Positions 10,654 through 27,710 of a stretch of 64,000 nt of DNA are shown here, piece after piece. Within the stretch, counting starts at the first letter, position 1, and each line of letters starts with the position of its first letter. This stretch comes from Felixounavirus LF110P1, in the sequence record OZ035744.1. The stretch is one strand, 5' to 3'. Made by a program: the position numbers and the translations under genes. The notes under the pieces were generated by a model, which saw only the letters and a program-made list of their open reading frames with translations, had not been told where the DNA came from and searched no databases.

Positions 10654-11052
10654 ATGAAAACAGAATCTAGAGTAATTAATGGTAAGAAAGTAAATATCGT
10701 TCTGCTTGGGGCAAGAGATGGTATTAAGATGTCTATGAAGTTGGGTAAAATTGTTGTTCCAACCTTTGCACAGATGCTATCAAGTCTGACTGACAAGGGT
10801 AAGAAGGAAGCTCCAATGGTTCCATTTAAAGAACTTGTTGAAGCTTGTTTTGACAGAATTGAAGAAATTAACCTTGAAGAGATGGCTACCTTATTATTTC
10901 AAGGGGCAACTGTTGACGACTTCCCACTTAATATTGATACGTACTTCCAAGCAAACTACGGTGAGTTTATTGATTACTTAGCATTTGCGCTGGAGGCAAA
11001 CTTCGGAAGTTTTTTCGAAGCAAGCATTTTCAAAAGCCTAACTTCTCAGTAA
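10654..11052 (+). CDS. Tail assembly chaperone (G-like)
   Basis: 132 aa ORF directly upstream of the tape measure; contains slippery heptamer near its 3' end. Confidence 0.55.
   Translation: MKTESRVINGKKVNIVLLGARDGIKMSMKLGKIVVPTFAQMLSSLTDKGKKEAPMVPFKELVEACFDRIEEINLEEMATLLFQGATVDDFPLNIDTYFQANYGEFIDYLAFALEANFGSFFEASIFKSLTSQ
11010..11016 (+). other. Candidate -1 programmed ribosomal frameshift site (slippery heptamer T TTT TTC)
   Basis: Heptamer sits in the zero frame as agT TTT TTC, 12 codons before the stop; a -1 slip reads through into the 11055..11294 ORF. Confidence 0.5.
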
Positions 11053-11054
11053 AC

Positions 11055-11293
11055 ATGGGTAACACTCTACAGACACCACTAACTGATGCTGCTGTAGAGG
11101 CAACCTATGAAGAAGCAGACGAGATGAAATTTGTGCTTGCTATTTATGGTATGGAAGGGTGTAAAGAAACACTTGACCAACTCTTTGCTATGACATTCTC
11201 TGATTTATTATCATTGAGACAATTTCTTGAAATTCAGAGGTCGTATAAAGAGGAAATTGCTTACAACGAACTTAGAAGAGCAGGAAAAATGTA

Positions 11294-11294
<1 letters not shown>
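11055..11294 (+). CDS. Tail assembly chaperone frameshift extension (GT-like)
   Basis: 79 aa ORF in the -1 frame relative to the upstream chaperone ORF, ends at the tape measure start. Confidence 0.45.
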
Positions 11295-19313
<8,019 letters not shown>

Positions 19314-19315
19314 TA

Positions 19316-20503
19316 ATGGCAGTAGGTGAAATTCAAATTAGTGCCTTGCCTCAAGCAGCCTTACCAATTGACCTTAGTGATATCTTCCATCTTAAGCAGG
19401 GTATTGAGGATAAGAGATGTACTCTTGAGCAATTACTTGCTCCACACTCAAGCCTAAGAAATAACCCTCATGGTGTGACTAAAACACAAATTGGTTTAGA
19501 TAACGTTATTAATGCTCTTCAGTTAGTTGCTGCAAATAACTTATCAGATATTGTTAATGTAGCTGAGGCAAGAGCAAATCTACAGATTATGTCTTCAGAA
19601 GAGGTTAATAACCTTGTTCAACAGCATATTCAGGACAAGAGCAACCCACACAATACAACTAAGGCACAGGTAGGATTGAGTAATGTTCAAAACTGGACAA
19701 CATCTAACCTTTATAATGAAGATGCAGATAAGTATGCTACAGCAAGAGCAGTAAATAACTTGTACAAGGCTGTTCAGGCTTCTTATCCAGTAGGTACTAT
19801 CCATCTTTCCATGAACTCTGCAAACCCTTCTACATATTTAATTTGTGGAGGAACTTGGGAGTTAGTTTCAAAAGGTAGGGCATTGGTTGGTTATGACTCT
19901 GACACAAGACCAGCAGGTTCTGTATTTGGTGCTTCAACTGTTACTTTGTCAGTTAATAACATGCCTCAACATTCACACTCCGTGTCTCTTAGTGGTGGTG
20001 GTCACACTCATAATGCAACTGTGTCAATTTCAGCTTTTGATTATGGAACTAAGACTACCAATTCTTTTGACTATGGAACAAAGACTACTAACACAACTGG
20101 TAACCATAACCATATTGGTAGTGGGTCAACAAGTTCTGCTGGTGCTCATAACCACAGATTGACATATGAAGCAGGCGGTGGCCTATCGGAAAGACCTGCA
20201 ATGGTTTGGTCTACAAGAAATGACCAATCGTGGTACTCAGCAGATGCTGTCTGTGAAGTCGCTGGTGCACATACCCACTCTTTCAGTGTTACCACCAACA
20301 CAACTGGTAACCACAACCATACAGTAGGTATTGGTGCTCACAGCCACACAGTTGGTATTGGTTCGCATACACATAATGGTACTGTAACAGTTTCTTCTTC
20401 TGAACATACGCATAGCGGGAACACTAATAGTGTTGGTGGAGGACAAGCTTTCAACATTGAGCAGCCATCCTTCGTACTGTATGTATGGCAGAGAACAGCT
20501 TAA
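19316..20503 (+). CDS. Tail fibre protein with His-x-His repeats (short paralogue)
   Basis: C-terminal repeats GGHTHNATVS, TGNHNH, AGAHNH, AGAHTHSF, GAHSHTVGIGSHTHNG; conserved C-terminus ...YVWQRTA shared with the next gene. Confidence 0.7.
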   Translation: MAVGEIQISALPQAALPIDLSDIFHLKQGIEDKRCTLEQLLAPHSSLRNNPHGVTKTQIGLDNVINALQLVAANNLSDIVNVAEARANLQIMSSEEVNNLVQQHIQDKSNPHNTTKAQVGLSNVQNWTTSNLYNEDADKYATARAVNNLYKAVQASYPVGTIHLSMNSANPSTYLICGGTWELVSKGRALVGYDSDTRPAGSVFGASTVTLSVNNMPQHSHSVSLSGGGHTHNATVSISAFDYGTKTTNSFDYGTKTTNTTGNHNHIGSGSTSSAGAHNHRLTYEAGGGLSERPAMVWSTRNDQSWYSADAVCEVAGAHTHSFSVTTNTTGNHNHTVGIGAHSHTVGIGSHTHNGTVTVSSSEHTHSGNTNSVGGGQAFNIEQPSFVLYVWQRTA

Positions 20504-20513
20504 TTTCTTTACA

Positions 20514-20533
20514 GGGGCTTGATAGCCCCTTTT
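20514..20533 (+). terminator. Terminator-like hairpin between the tail fibre genes
   Basis: GGGGCT tgata GCCCC followed by TTTT. Confidence 0.4.
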
Positions 20534-20549
20534 AAGAGGAAAATTTATA

Positions 20550-22931
20550 ATGGCAGATTACAAGTTGAGTGAATTAAACTCAATCGATACAATCCGTTCA
20601 GATGACCTTCTTCACGTCAGGGTTAAAAAGAGACCTGAAATGCTTGGTGATGAAGACCGTCGAATGACCTATCAAGACTTCTTAGCATCTTTTAAACTTG
20701 AAAGGTTTGTTCAGATTGCTGGTAGTACTATGACAGGTGATTTAGGGATTGTTAAGTTACTTTATGGTGGTAAGGTAGTCTTTAACCCAACAGGCTCTTC
20801 TGAGGTTACTATTGGGGATGTTTTAAAGACTTTTAAAATCAACGCAAATGGCCTTAAACTGACTATTGCAGATGCTTCAAGGTCGGCAACTGTTTATCAT
20901 ACTCTGAATAAACCAAGCCCTAATGAACTTGGGATGAGAACTAATGAAGAGAATGATGCAAGATATGCAAGGTTGGCTGTAACAAATAACTTCAACATTA
21001 GGCAAGCAATTGTAACTGATGGTGAGCAGTTAACCCTTAAGAAAGCAACTAATGCAGGAGCTTCATATATTCAGGGTAGAGATGCTAATAACCAGCAAAC
21101 GTGGTATGTTGGACAGGGAAATGCAAACAACACTAATGTTTATCTGTACAATCATGCCACTGGCTCAATGTTAACCCTTGACGCAACAGCGTCATTTAAC
21201 AAGACACTAAGAGTCATGGGTCAAGTCCAACCTTCTGACTTCTCTAACTTAGATGCTAGATACTTTACTCAGACAGTAGCTAATCAGAGGTTTGCACAGT
21301 TAGCTGCGAATAATACTTTTAGCGGTGCAAACACATTTAGTAACTATATCAGTGTGAAATCTAATGCTGCTGCTATCGTGCTAAAAAATAAAGCTGTTAA
21401 TGAATCTTTGTTCATCCTAGCAAAAGACACCGAAGATAATAACCTGTGGTATATTGGTAAAGGTGACGCAAATGACAATATCACATTTTACGATTACAAA
21501 GGTAACACTTCTATTGTCTTAAACTCGTCTGGTGCTGCATTCAACAAGCCTGTAAAAATCACTGGTCAAGTTCAACCTTCCGATTGGACTAATATTGACT
21601 CTAGATACATTCCAGCAGCTACTTTGAATAATCTTGCTAAGATTAATGTTGGTAATACATTCACATTCCAGCAAATTATCCAAGCAAATGGTGAAGCTAT
21701 TAGACTAAAAAACTCTTCTGAGAACTCACCGTTGTATATTAGAGGTCAGGACAGCACTGGTGCTAATAGATGGTATGTAGGTAATGGTTCAGGGAATGAT
21801 AATGTTATCATCCACAACTATAAGACAGGCTGTGAAGTGAATCTGTCTAGTGTTGCTGCTATTAATAAAACACTAAGAATCACTGGTCAAGTTCAACCTT
21901 CTGATTGGGCTAACTTGGATGCTAGATACTTTGTTAAGACTCAGTTATTAAATCAATCCTTAATGACTGTATCTGTCGATAACCTTGAAAACCCTTCAGC
22001 ATTTAATCTTGGCTACTCAGGTTTTGTAAGAAATAATAGTGTTACTAGTGGCTTGAAAGAGTTGGCAATTCATGTTGCTCACTCTAGTAAGTCTGCTGCA
22101 CACGCAAGGGGTATCTCTTTTGTATACGGTTCAAACGGTTTGGCAGCATTCACCTATGCCTATGACAAAAATGGTGACTATGCCGGAGAGGCACAGCTTT
22201 ACACAACTGATTTTAAACCAACCCCTTCAGATATCGGTGCATACACTAAAGCTGAGACTGACCAGAAGATTGCACAGGCAGTAAGTGACTCTACAGACCT
22301 TAATAAAATCTATCCAGTAGGTATTGTGACATGGTTTAACAGCAATGTTGACCCTAATACAGCACTTCCTGGTCTAACTTGGACTTACCTGAACAATGGT
22401 GTTGGTAGAACTATCAGAATTGCAGCAGCAAACGGTTCAGATGTTGCTACAACAGGTGGTTCAGATTCTGTGACGTTAGCTGTTGGTAACTTACCATCGC
22501 ACACCCATAGTTTCTCTGCTACCACTTCATCTTTTGATTATGGTACGAAGGGAACTAACAGTACTGGTGGTCATGCTCACTCTGTAAGTGGTACAACAAG
22601 TGCTGCTGGTAACCACGCTCACCACTTAGGTTTGTTATTAGTTAATGGTGGTGATGCTTTGTACGGTTATACAACAGTTGGTAACAATAAGACAAGGACT
22701 CTTGACTGGCTTGACAGAACTGATAACAAGTTCCCTAACACTAACACAACTGGTAACCATACACACACATGGTCTGGTACTACAAGCAACACTGGTGCTC
22801 ACACCCACTCTGTAGGTATCGGTGCTCACACTCATACAGTTAGTGGTAACACTGGTGGTACAGGTTCTGGTTCAGCATTTAGTGTTACTAACCAGTTCTA
22901 CAAGTTAATGGCTTGGGTAAGAACTGCTTAA
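20550..22931 (+). CDS. Tail fibre protein with three internal repeat modules and a His-x-His tip (long paralogue)
   Basis: Three copies of the G-Q-V-Q-P-S-D-(F/W)-x-N-(L/I)-D-(A/S)-R-Y-(F/I) module; C-terminal [41 protein letters not shown] repeats; ends ...AWVRTA. Confidence 0.7.
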   Translation: MADYKLSELNSIDTIRSDDLLHVRVKKRPEMLGDEDRRMTYQDFLASFKLERFVQIAGSTMTGDLGIVKLLYGGKVVFNPTGSSEVTIGDVLKTFKINANGLKLTIADASRSATVYHTLNKPSPNELGMRTNEENDARYARLAVTNNFNIRQAIVTDGEQLTLKKATNAGASYIQGRDANNQQTWYVGQGNANNTNVYLYNHATGSMLTLDATASFNKTLRVMGQVQPSDFSNLDARYFTQTVANQRFAQLAANNTFSGANTFSNYISVKSNAAAIVLKNKAVNESLFILAKDTEDNNLWYIGKGDANDNITFYDYKGNTSIVLNSSGAAFNKPVKITGQVQPSDWTNIDSRYIPAATLNNLAKINVGNTFTFQQIIQANGEAIRLKNSSENSPLYIRGQDSTGANRWYVGNGSGNDNVIIHNYKTGCEVNLSSVAAINKTLRITGQVQPSDWANLDARYFVKTQLLNQSLMTVSVDNLENPSAFNLGYSGFVRNNSVTSGLKELAIHVAHSSKSAAHARGISFVYGSNGLAAFTYAYDKNGDYAGEAQLYTTDFKPTPSDIGAYTKAETDQKIAQAVSDSTDLNKIYPVGIVTWFNSNVDPNTALPGLTWTYLNNGVGRTIRIAAANGSDVATTGGSDSVTLAVGNLPSHTHSFSATTSSFDYGTKGTNSTGGHAHSVSGTTSAAGNHAHHLGLLLVNGGDALYGYTTVGNNKTRTLDWLDRTDNKFPNTNTTGNHTHTWSGTTSNTGAHTHSVGIGAHTHTVSGNTGGTGSGSAFSVTNQFYKLMAWVRTA

Positions 22932-23010
22932 TCCCTTATTGACTGATTGTTAAGATGGTGTTAATATTCTTTATGGGTATTCTCACCATCTTGGCTGATG
23001 AGGTGATTAA

Positions 23011-23205
23011 ATGCCTACAATCCTAGCAATTCTTCTAAAAAATCTAGGTAGCTTCTTCTGGAAACTCATTTTATCCCTTCTAAGTGAATACATGATTGAG
23101 AAAGTGTTCTTTAAGCTTGCAAGATACCTTGCGAGTAAAACAGACACACCTATTGATGATGAGTTCGTAGATAACTTAGAAAAAGCTTTTAAGGGGGAGA
23201 AATAA
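23011..23205 (+). CDS. Small hydrophobic protein
   Basis: 64 aa, hydrophobic N-terminal half; no recognisable motif. Confidence 0.3.
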   Translation: MPTILAILLKNLGSFFWKLILSLLSEYMIEKVFFKLARYLASKTDTPIDDEFVDNLEKAFKGEK

Positions 23206-23577
23206 ATGAAGTGGCTAGAGGAAGCTTTTAAAAATAATATTGGTGCAATTGTAATTGGTATTTTTAGTGTTATTGGGATGTATACCACTATGCAAGTTTC
23301 AAGTGGTAAACAAGAAGTGTCTGTCACAACAAAGTTACAGCAGCTAGATAATTATTCCAAAAGTAACTATTCAGCTATTCGTGATTTACAGTCTGACATG
23401 AGACTGATTCAGCTAGGGATGGAGAACCAGAAAGTTCAGTTAGAGAATGTTAAGGGTGAAAACGCAAAACTTACCAAAACTCTTGATAAATTCTCTGACA
23501 GTGTGAATAATCTGGCTCAATCAGTATCAGCCCTCCAAGCTATTACTGAAAAGAACACAAAGAATACTGAAAAATAA
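23206..23577 (+). CDS. Membrane-anchored coiled-coil protein (holin-like or assembly factor, uncertain)
   Basis: N-terminal hydrophobic segment IGAIVIGIFSVIGMY followed by heptad-like helical sequence. Confidence 0.3.
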   Translation: MKWLEEAFKNNIGAIVIGIFSVIGMYTTMQVSSGKQEVSVTTKLQQLDNYSKSNYSAIRDLQSDMRLIQLGMENQKVQLENVKGENAKLTKTLDKFSDSVNNLAQSVSALQAITEKNTKNTEK

Positions 23578-23583
23578 AGTTTA

Positions 23584-23610
23584 AGGCTCCTTTTTACGGG
23601 AGCCTTTTTT
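23584..23610. terminator. Bidirectional rho-independent terminator between convergent late (+) and replication (-) blocks
   Basis: AGGCTCC tttttacg GGAGCCT followed by TTTTTT; flanked by the 3' ends of convergent genes. Confidence 0.65.
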
Positions 23611-23613
23611 GTT

Positions 23614-24513
23614 TTACTTACCTACTGACAGAGGTGCTTCAATCTTCCCTGCATGTTGGTAGTTGTTAATGCCACCAATAAAATCACTTGCAGTGAGATG
23701 TTTTAGGTCACTTAAAGTGTTAAGTGGGATACCAATCTCAAAAGTTGGTGCATGGAACTCTTCATTGTTCATCAGTTCATAAACCTGCTTCATATGGTTC
23801 TGATAAATCTGAGTATCTCCAAAGACACCTATCAAATATCGTGGAGTGTATCCAGTCATCTTACAAAGGACTTCCAGAATAAAACCATAAGATGCAATGT
23901 TAAACGGAAGCCCTAAAAAGGTGTCTACAGAACGCTGATACCATTGTAAGTCAACTTCACCCTCGTTGGTGATATAAATCTGAAACAGAACATGACAAGG
24001 TGCTAAAGCCATTGAGTTTGCTGCAATATCTGCTGCATTCCAAGCGTTAACAAGCATGTAACGGTCTGTGATATCACCCTTCATCTTCGCTACTAAGGTC
24101 TCTAACTGGTCTACAACACAACCATCATGACCCTCAAAGTTTCTCCACTGAACCCCGTAGATTCTACCACCTGCATCCTCTAACCAGTCTTGTTCAGAGG
24201 AATAATTAGAGCTTAACCAGCGTTTAAAATCATCTGACCAGATAGTCCAGCGTTCCCCATCATTTTCACCCCAAGTACGGTAACGAAGTTCACCAAGTTT
24301 ATTCTCACCATTCAGGAACCATAAAGCTTCCCCAATAACTTGCCGTGTAAACACCTGTTTAGATGTTAAGAGTGGGAAACCAGTTCGCATATCAAAACGA
24401 AACTGTGGTGGAGCAAATGCAGAGATAACATCTCCAGTTCGTGTAGTACGCAGTTCACCAACGGATAAAACATGGTTCAGGATATTTTTGTAACTCAAAT
24501 CAGCTTGTGACAT
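23614..24513 (-). CDS. thyA: Thymidylate synthase (ThyA-type)
   Basis: Active-site motif MALAPCHVLFQIY plus DLQWYQRSVDTFLGLPFNIASY, characteristic of ThyA. Confidence 0.9.
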   Translation of the reverse strand: MSQADLSYKNILNHVLSVGELRTTRTGDVISAFAPPQFRFDMRTGFPLLTSKQVFTRQVIGEALWFLNGENKLGELRYRTWGENDGERWTIWSDDFKRWLSSNYSSEQDWLEDAGGRIYGVQWRNFEGHDGCVVDQLETLVAKMKGDITDRYMLVNAWNAADIAANSMALAPCHVLFQIYITNEGEVDLQWYQRSVDTFLGLPFNIASYGFILEVLCKMTGYTPRYLIGVFGDTQIYQNHMKQVYELMNNEEFHAPTFEIGIPLNTLSDLKHLTASDFIGGINNYQHAGKIEAPLSVGK

Positions 24514-24514
24514 A

Positions 24515-25060
24515 TCAAAAGTGTCCTTTTACTTGTGGAACATAAATTTCAAAGGTTGCTTTACCATCATCCGATGGCCTTGACTGTACCTTTGCAAATA
24601 CACGGCTATCATACAGCTTCTCAAAGAAGTTTTCAAAAGGTAAATGCACAGTGGCCTCTTCAGTAACTTTATGGAAGACTGTATGGAACACCACACCAGC
24701 ATACGGTAAAGCATTGACAAGGACACCTGCACCACCAATTACAAAGACATCTTCATCAATAGAGCTATCAAGATACTTCAAAAATGCTCCAAATGACTCT
24801 TTACTGGCTTTAGCATACATTACATCATCTTTGCCAAAGTCTATGCCTAAGTATGGTACAGAATTTGTTAAGATTAGGTTTGCACGTTCTGGTAGAGGTT
24901 TACTACCCAGAGTCTTAAAAGTCTCATTACCCATCACTACTAAGTTATTTTTAGTGAGTCTCTTAAACTCTTGCATGTCCTGTTTATGTCGAGGCCACGG
25001 CATACCAGTTGGAGTACCAAACTCACCATTTTCACCACTTGCAAAGATTAATTTAATCAT
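24515..25060 (-). CDS. folA: Dihydrofolate reductase
   Basis: N-terminal MIKLIFASGENGEFG...MPW and VVMGNETFKTLG...PLPERANLILT pattern typical of DHFR; adjacent to thymidylate synthase. Confidence 0.8.
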   Translation of the reverse strand: MIKLIFASGENGEFGTPTGMPWPRHKQDMQEFKRLTKNNLVVMGNETFKTLGSKPLPERANLILTNSVPYLGIDFGKDDVMYAKASKESFGAFLKYLDSSIDEDVFVIGGAGVLVNALPYAGVVFHTVFHKVTEEATVHLPFENFFEKLYDSRVFAKVQSRPSDDGKATFEIYVPQVKGHF

Positions 25061-25317
25061 TTTGTAAATCCTTTCTTAATGAACCAGTTGATAACACTCT
25101 TCACAACTTTACTACGATGGTAGATAAAATGTGGAGAGGGTTGGTATGAACCATAAGCCCAGAAAGCGATAATTTCATTACACCCTGTGCATCGGGTACT
25201 TTCTTCAGCAATATGACCGTTGACTATTTCACTTACCTCACCTTGTAAGTCTGTACACCCGCAATGTGGACAACGGATAGGTGTTCCATCAGACTCATAG
25301 CAGTGTTCAATTTTCAT
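25057..25317 (-). CDS. Zinc-ribbon protein
   Basis: Two Cys pairs, CPHCGC and CTGCNE; 86 aa. Confidence 0.4.
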   Translation of the reverse strand: MKIEHCYESDGTPIRCPHCGCTDLQGEVSEIVNGHIAEESTRCTGCNEIIAFWAYGSYQPSPHFIYHRSKVVKSVINWFIKKGFTK

Positions 25318-25833
25318 CTATTTAACCTCAAAAACTGGTTCAAGAACCAATATAAAGTCTACACAGTCATCTTCTTCATCCAGAATACCATCAAAGTTCT
25401 TAGGTACAAAGTCGAAGAGGCTCATAGAATATCGGTCAGAAGTAACCCTGATAGTGTTCCCTATATTCTCTACAGTTAATATTGTACGGCTTTCTGTTAC
25501 CTCACTTAGAAGATTACTCACAAAGTCATCTAAGAAGTGTTTCATCAGTGACTTGAAGCCTTTAGGGTAATCTGTACCAGAGTATGTTTCAATCTGAGGA
25601 ACAAGCTTAACATTTATACTAGTCTTTGTTAAGAACGTTTTAGAGAACATGCTATCAGGTAGCTTACAAACAGTCTTTCCAGTACCTTCATGTTCAATCT
25701 CAACAAAACCAGCTTCGTCGCCACATGTAACTATTTTAAAAGATGCTTCATTCTCATACTGTGAAGCCATAAACTTTTTAAGCATTTCTTTAAGGAAATC
25801 TGCATGAGCATCTTGTAAGTAGATATCAATCAT
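25318..25833 (-). CDS. Hypothetical protein
   Basis: 171 aa ORF, tightly packed with neighbours. Confidence 0.4.
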   Translation of the reverse strand: MIDIYLQDAHADFLKEMLKKFMASQYENEASFKIVTCGDEAGFVEIEHEGTGKTVCKLPDSMFSKTFLTKTSINVKLVPQIETYSGTDYPKGFKSLMKHFLDDFVSNLLSEVTESRTILTVENIGNTIRVTSDRYSMSLFDFVPKNFDGILDEEDDCVDFILVLEPVFEVK

Positions 25834-25846
25834 AGTTAATCACCTA

Positions 25847-26206
25847 TTATGGGAACAAGCACTTAATGTCATCGTTTTTGAAAACAAAACTTGTGTAGTT
25901 GTGACCATCAACATCCAACCAAACAGCCTGAACATCCACACCATCAAGATTGTGGTAAAGTTCTTTGATGAAGTGGTCTTTCACAATCTGACTGCTAGTT
26001 GTTTCCAGCTTAATGTTCGAGATTGCTGAACCTACAGCCATATAGCCCATGACACGTTTCTTTTCAGTATGCTTAATCTTACCATCTTTGTAAGCCATAA
26101 TGAGACTGGAAAGAATCTTCACACCGTAATACTTTTCAAGGTGAGTAGGTACACCATAAAAGCCTAATGCGAAGTTTTCAGAGTGGATAATGTTTTCACG
26201 TTTCAT
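25847..26206 (-). CDS. Hypothetical protein
   Basis: 119 aa ORF. Confidence 0.4.
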   Translation of the reverse strand: MKRENIIHSENFALGFYGVPTHLEKYYGVKILSSLIMAYKDGKIKHTEKKRVMGYMAVGSAISNIKLETTSSQIVKDHFIKELYHNLDGVDVQAVWLDVDGHNYTSFVFKNDDIKCLFP

Positions 26207-26207
26207 A

Positions 26208-26507
26208 TTAATCTGCCAGCCTTAAATTGAAATTAACACCAAATTTTTCACATACCCCCAACATATACTCAAGGGAAACATTCCCAGTGAGGTGGATTAT
26301 GTTGGATACACGAGCCTGAGAGATACCACAAATTTTAGCAACTTGCTCTTGAGAAAGACCTCTGGATTTAATCTCTCTCTTAAAACGATGTGCAACGAAG
26401 TCTCTCATTTCGTCTACATCCATTGGACAAATATAACTCTCCATTTCAGCCTCTCTATCAGCCTCCCAATCATCTTGTGGGGCATAAGGGTCAAAAACCT
26501 CATTCAT
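26208..26507 (-). CDS. Helix-turn-helix (XRE-like) DNA-binding protein; start at 26507 or 26537
   Basis: C-terminal LSQEQVAKICGISQARVSNIIH helix-turn-helix signature; acidic N-terminal region. Confidence 0.5.
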   Translation of the reverse strand: MNEVFDPYAPQDDWEADREAEMESYICPMDVDEMRDFVAHRFKREIKSRGLSQEQVAKICGISQARVSNIIHLTGNVSLEYMLGVCEKFGVNFNLRLAD

Positions 26508-26712
26508 CTTTCTTCTTCCGTTTGCGTGAAGTGTCAATCAATGAGTCTATGTTAGTAGCCCTGACCTTTTCACGTTCATCGTTAAGATAATCGTCAAGAG
26601 CCTTTTCAATCTGTGAATCATCTTGACAGATAACTGTAAAGACTGTAAAGCCGTCTGTATCGTCAATTATCTTACCATAACCGCTTCTGGGATGTAACTT
26701 TTTAAGAGCCAT
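26500..26712 (-). CDS. Small hypothetical protein upstream of and coupled to the HTH gene
   Basis: 70 aa; 8-nt overlap with the ATG of the HTH ORF; basic C-terminus SRKRKKKDE. Confidence 0.4.
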   Translation of the reverse strand: MALKKLHPRSGYGKIIDDTDGFTVFTVICQDDSQIEKALDDYLNDEREKVRATNIDSLIDTSRKRKKKDE

Positions 26713-26713
26713 A

Positions 26714-27097
26714 TCAAATACCTGTGCAGCTTCTGTTTTCTAAGAAATACTCAACACCATACATAGCTTTTTGCATCAAATCTTCTTTAAACTGGATACG
26801 ATGGTTGAGCATAGCCTGTACATCAATATCATCACGGTGTTTCTCTTTAATGTTTGCAGATTGCAGGAAATACTCTGCAAGAACACGATACTGGTAGTCA
26901 GTCACCTTATCAGTCATCTCTGTTAAAGACTCTTCAGAGATGGGTTTAAGTAACTCACCTTTAGATAACGCAACACCTTTTACAATCTGGCAAGTGTCTT
27001 CTGGAACACCTGATAAGTCCACATTTGGAAGTTCTGTTGCATTGACTGGTAAGTTCATTGCCATAACCATTGCAGTAGCTAATAAAATCTTTTTCAT
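26714..27097 (-). CDS. Secreted/periplasmic protein with signal peptide
   Basis: N-terminal MKKILLATAMVMAMNLPVNA with a likely cleavage site after VNA; 127 aa. Confidence 0.5.
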   Translation of the reverse strand: MKKILLATAMVMAMNLPVNATELPNVDLSGVPEDTCQIVKGVALSKGELLKPISEESLTEMTDKVTDYQYRVLAEYFLQSANIKEKHRDDIDVQAMLNHRIQFKEDLMQKAMYGVEYFLENRSCTGI

Positions 27098-27222
27098 AAT
27101 GACCTCAAAGTTATATTAAATTTTGTATTACATTGAGTATAAAAATAAGCTATAACACCTGACTTGTCAACAGATTTTATAGCTTATTTGGCAGATTTTT
27201 TATAAGGCTACTGCCATCCTTC

Positions 27223-27460
27223 CATACATTACCTAACCAAGCCTAACATCACACAACCAGACCGAGCCGCACCCCGCCTTATTAAAAGACCCTCTTAAAG
27301 ACCTTTTAAAAAGGTAAGTCTCATTTTAATGTAGTTGAGACTAACTACCCATACCATACCTTACACCGCCGTACCACACCGAACATCACCAAACCATACC
27401 AAGCCAGAGCCTACTGTACCATACCGAACATCACTTAAAAACCCTCTTAGAAGACTCTTA
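27223..27460. repeat. Two degenerate tandem copies of a C/A-rich, G-poor element with a 19-bp direct repeat
   Basis: GTACCACACCGAACATCAC (27371-27389) and GTACCATACCGAACATCAC (27416-27434); TTAAAAGACCCTCTTAAAGACC (27282-27303) and TTAAAAACCCTCTTAGAAGACT (27435-27456). Confidence 0.5.
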
Positions 27461-27521
27461 AGTGATGCTGGTGAGTACCCGTTGGTTTATGCTGCTCAGT
27501 ATACTCACCAAATTTTCTATG

Positions 27522-27710
27522 TCAACAACTTTCTAATAAAGTTTTATGAAGACTTTGCTTAACAACCCGCCTCACATGCCTATGCTCTTTCTTAATAAAG
27601 AGTGACCTCTTCTTGACAGAGCGCCTATTCTTGTAAGTATTACTAGGATACTTATCATGAACCGGACAACAACTCCCCGGATTTGTAAACTTGATAATCT
27701 CTCTTTTCAC
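27522..27710 (-). CDS. Small basic protein (possible; coupled to ligase stop)
   Basis: 62 aa, Lys/Arg-rich; ATG overlaps the ligase stop by 1 nt. Confidence 0.3.
   Translation of the reverse strand: MKREIIKFTNPGSCCPVHDKYPSNTYKNRRSVKKRSLFIKKEHRHVRRVVKQSLHKTLLESC

Noticed and set aside
27335-27562. 75-aa plus-strand ORF in the C/A-rich repeat region
   Set aside because: Translation is a low-complexity Pro/Thr/His product of the repeats, on the opposite strand to all neighbouring genes; more likely non-coding.
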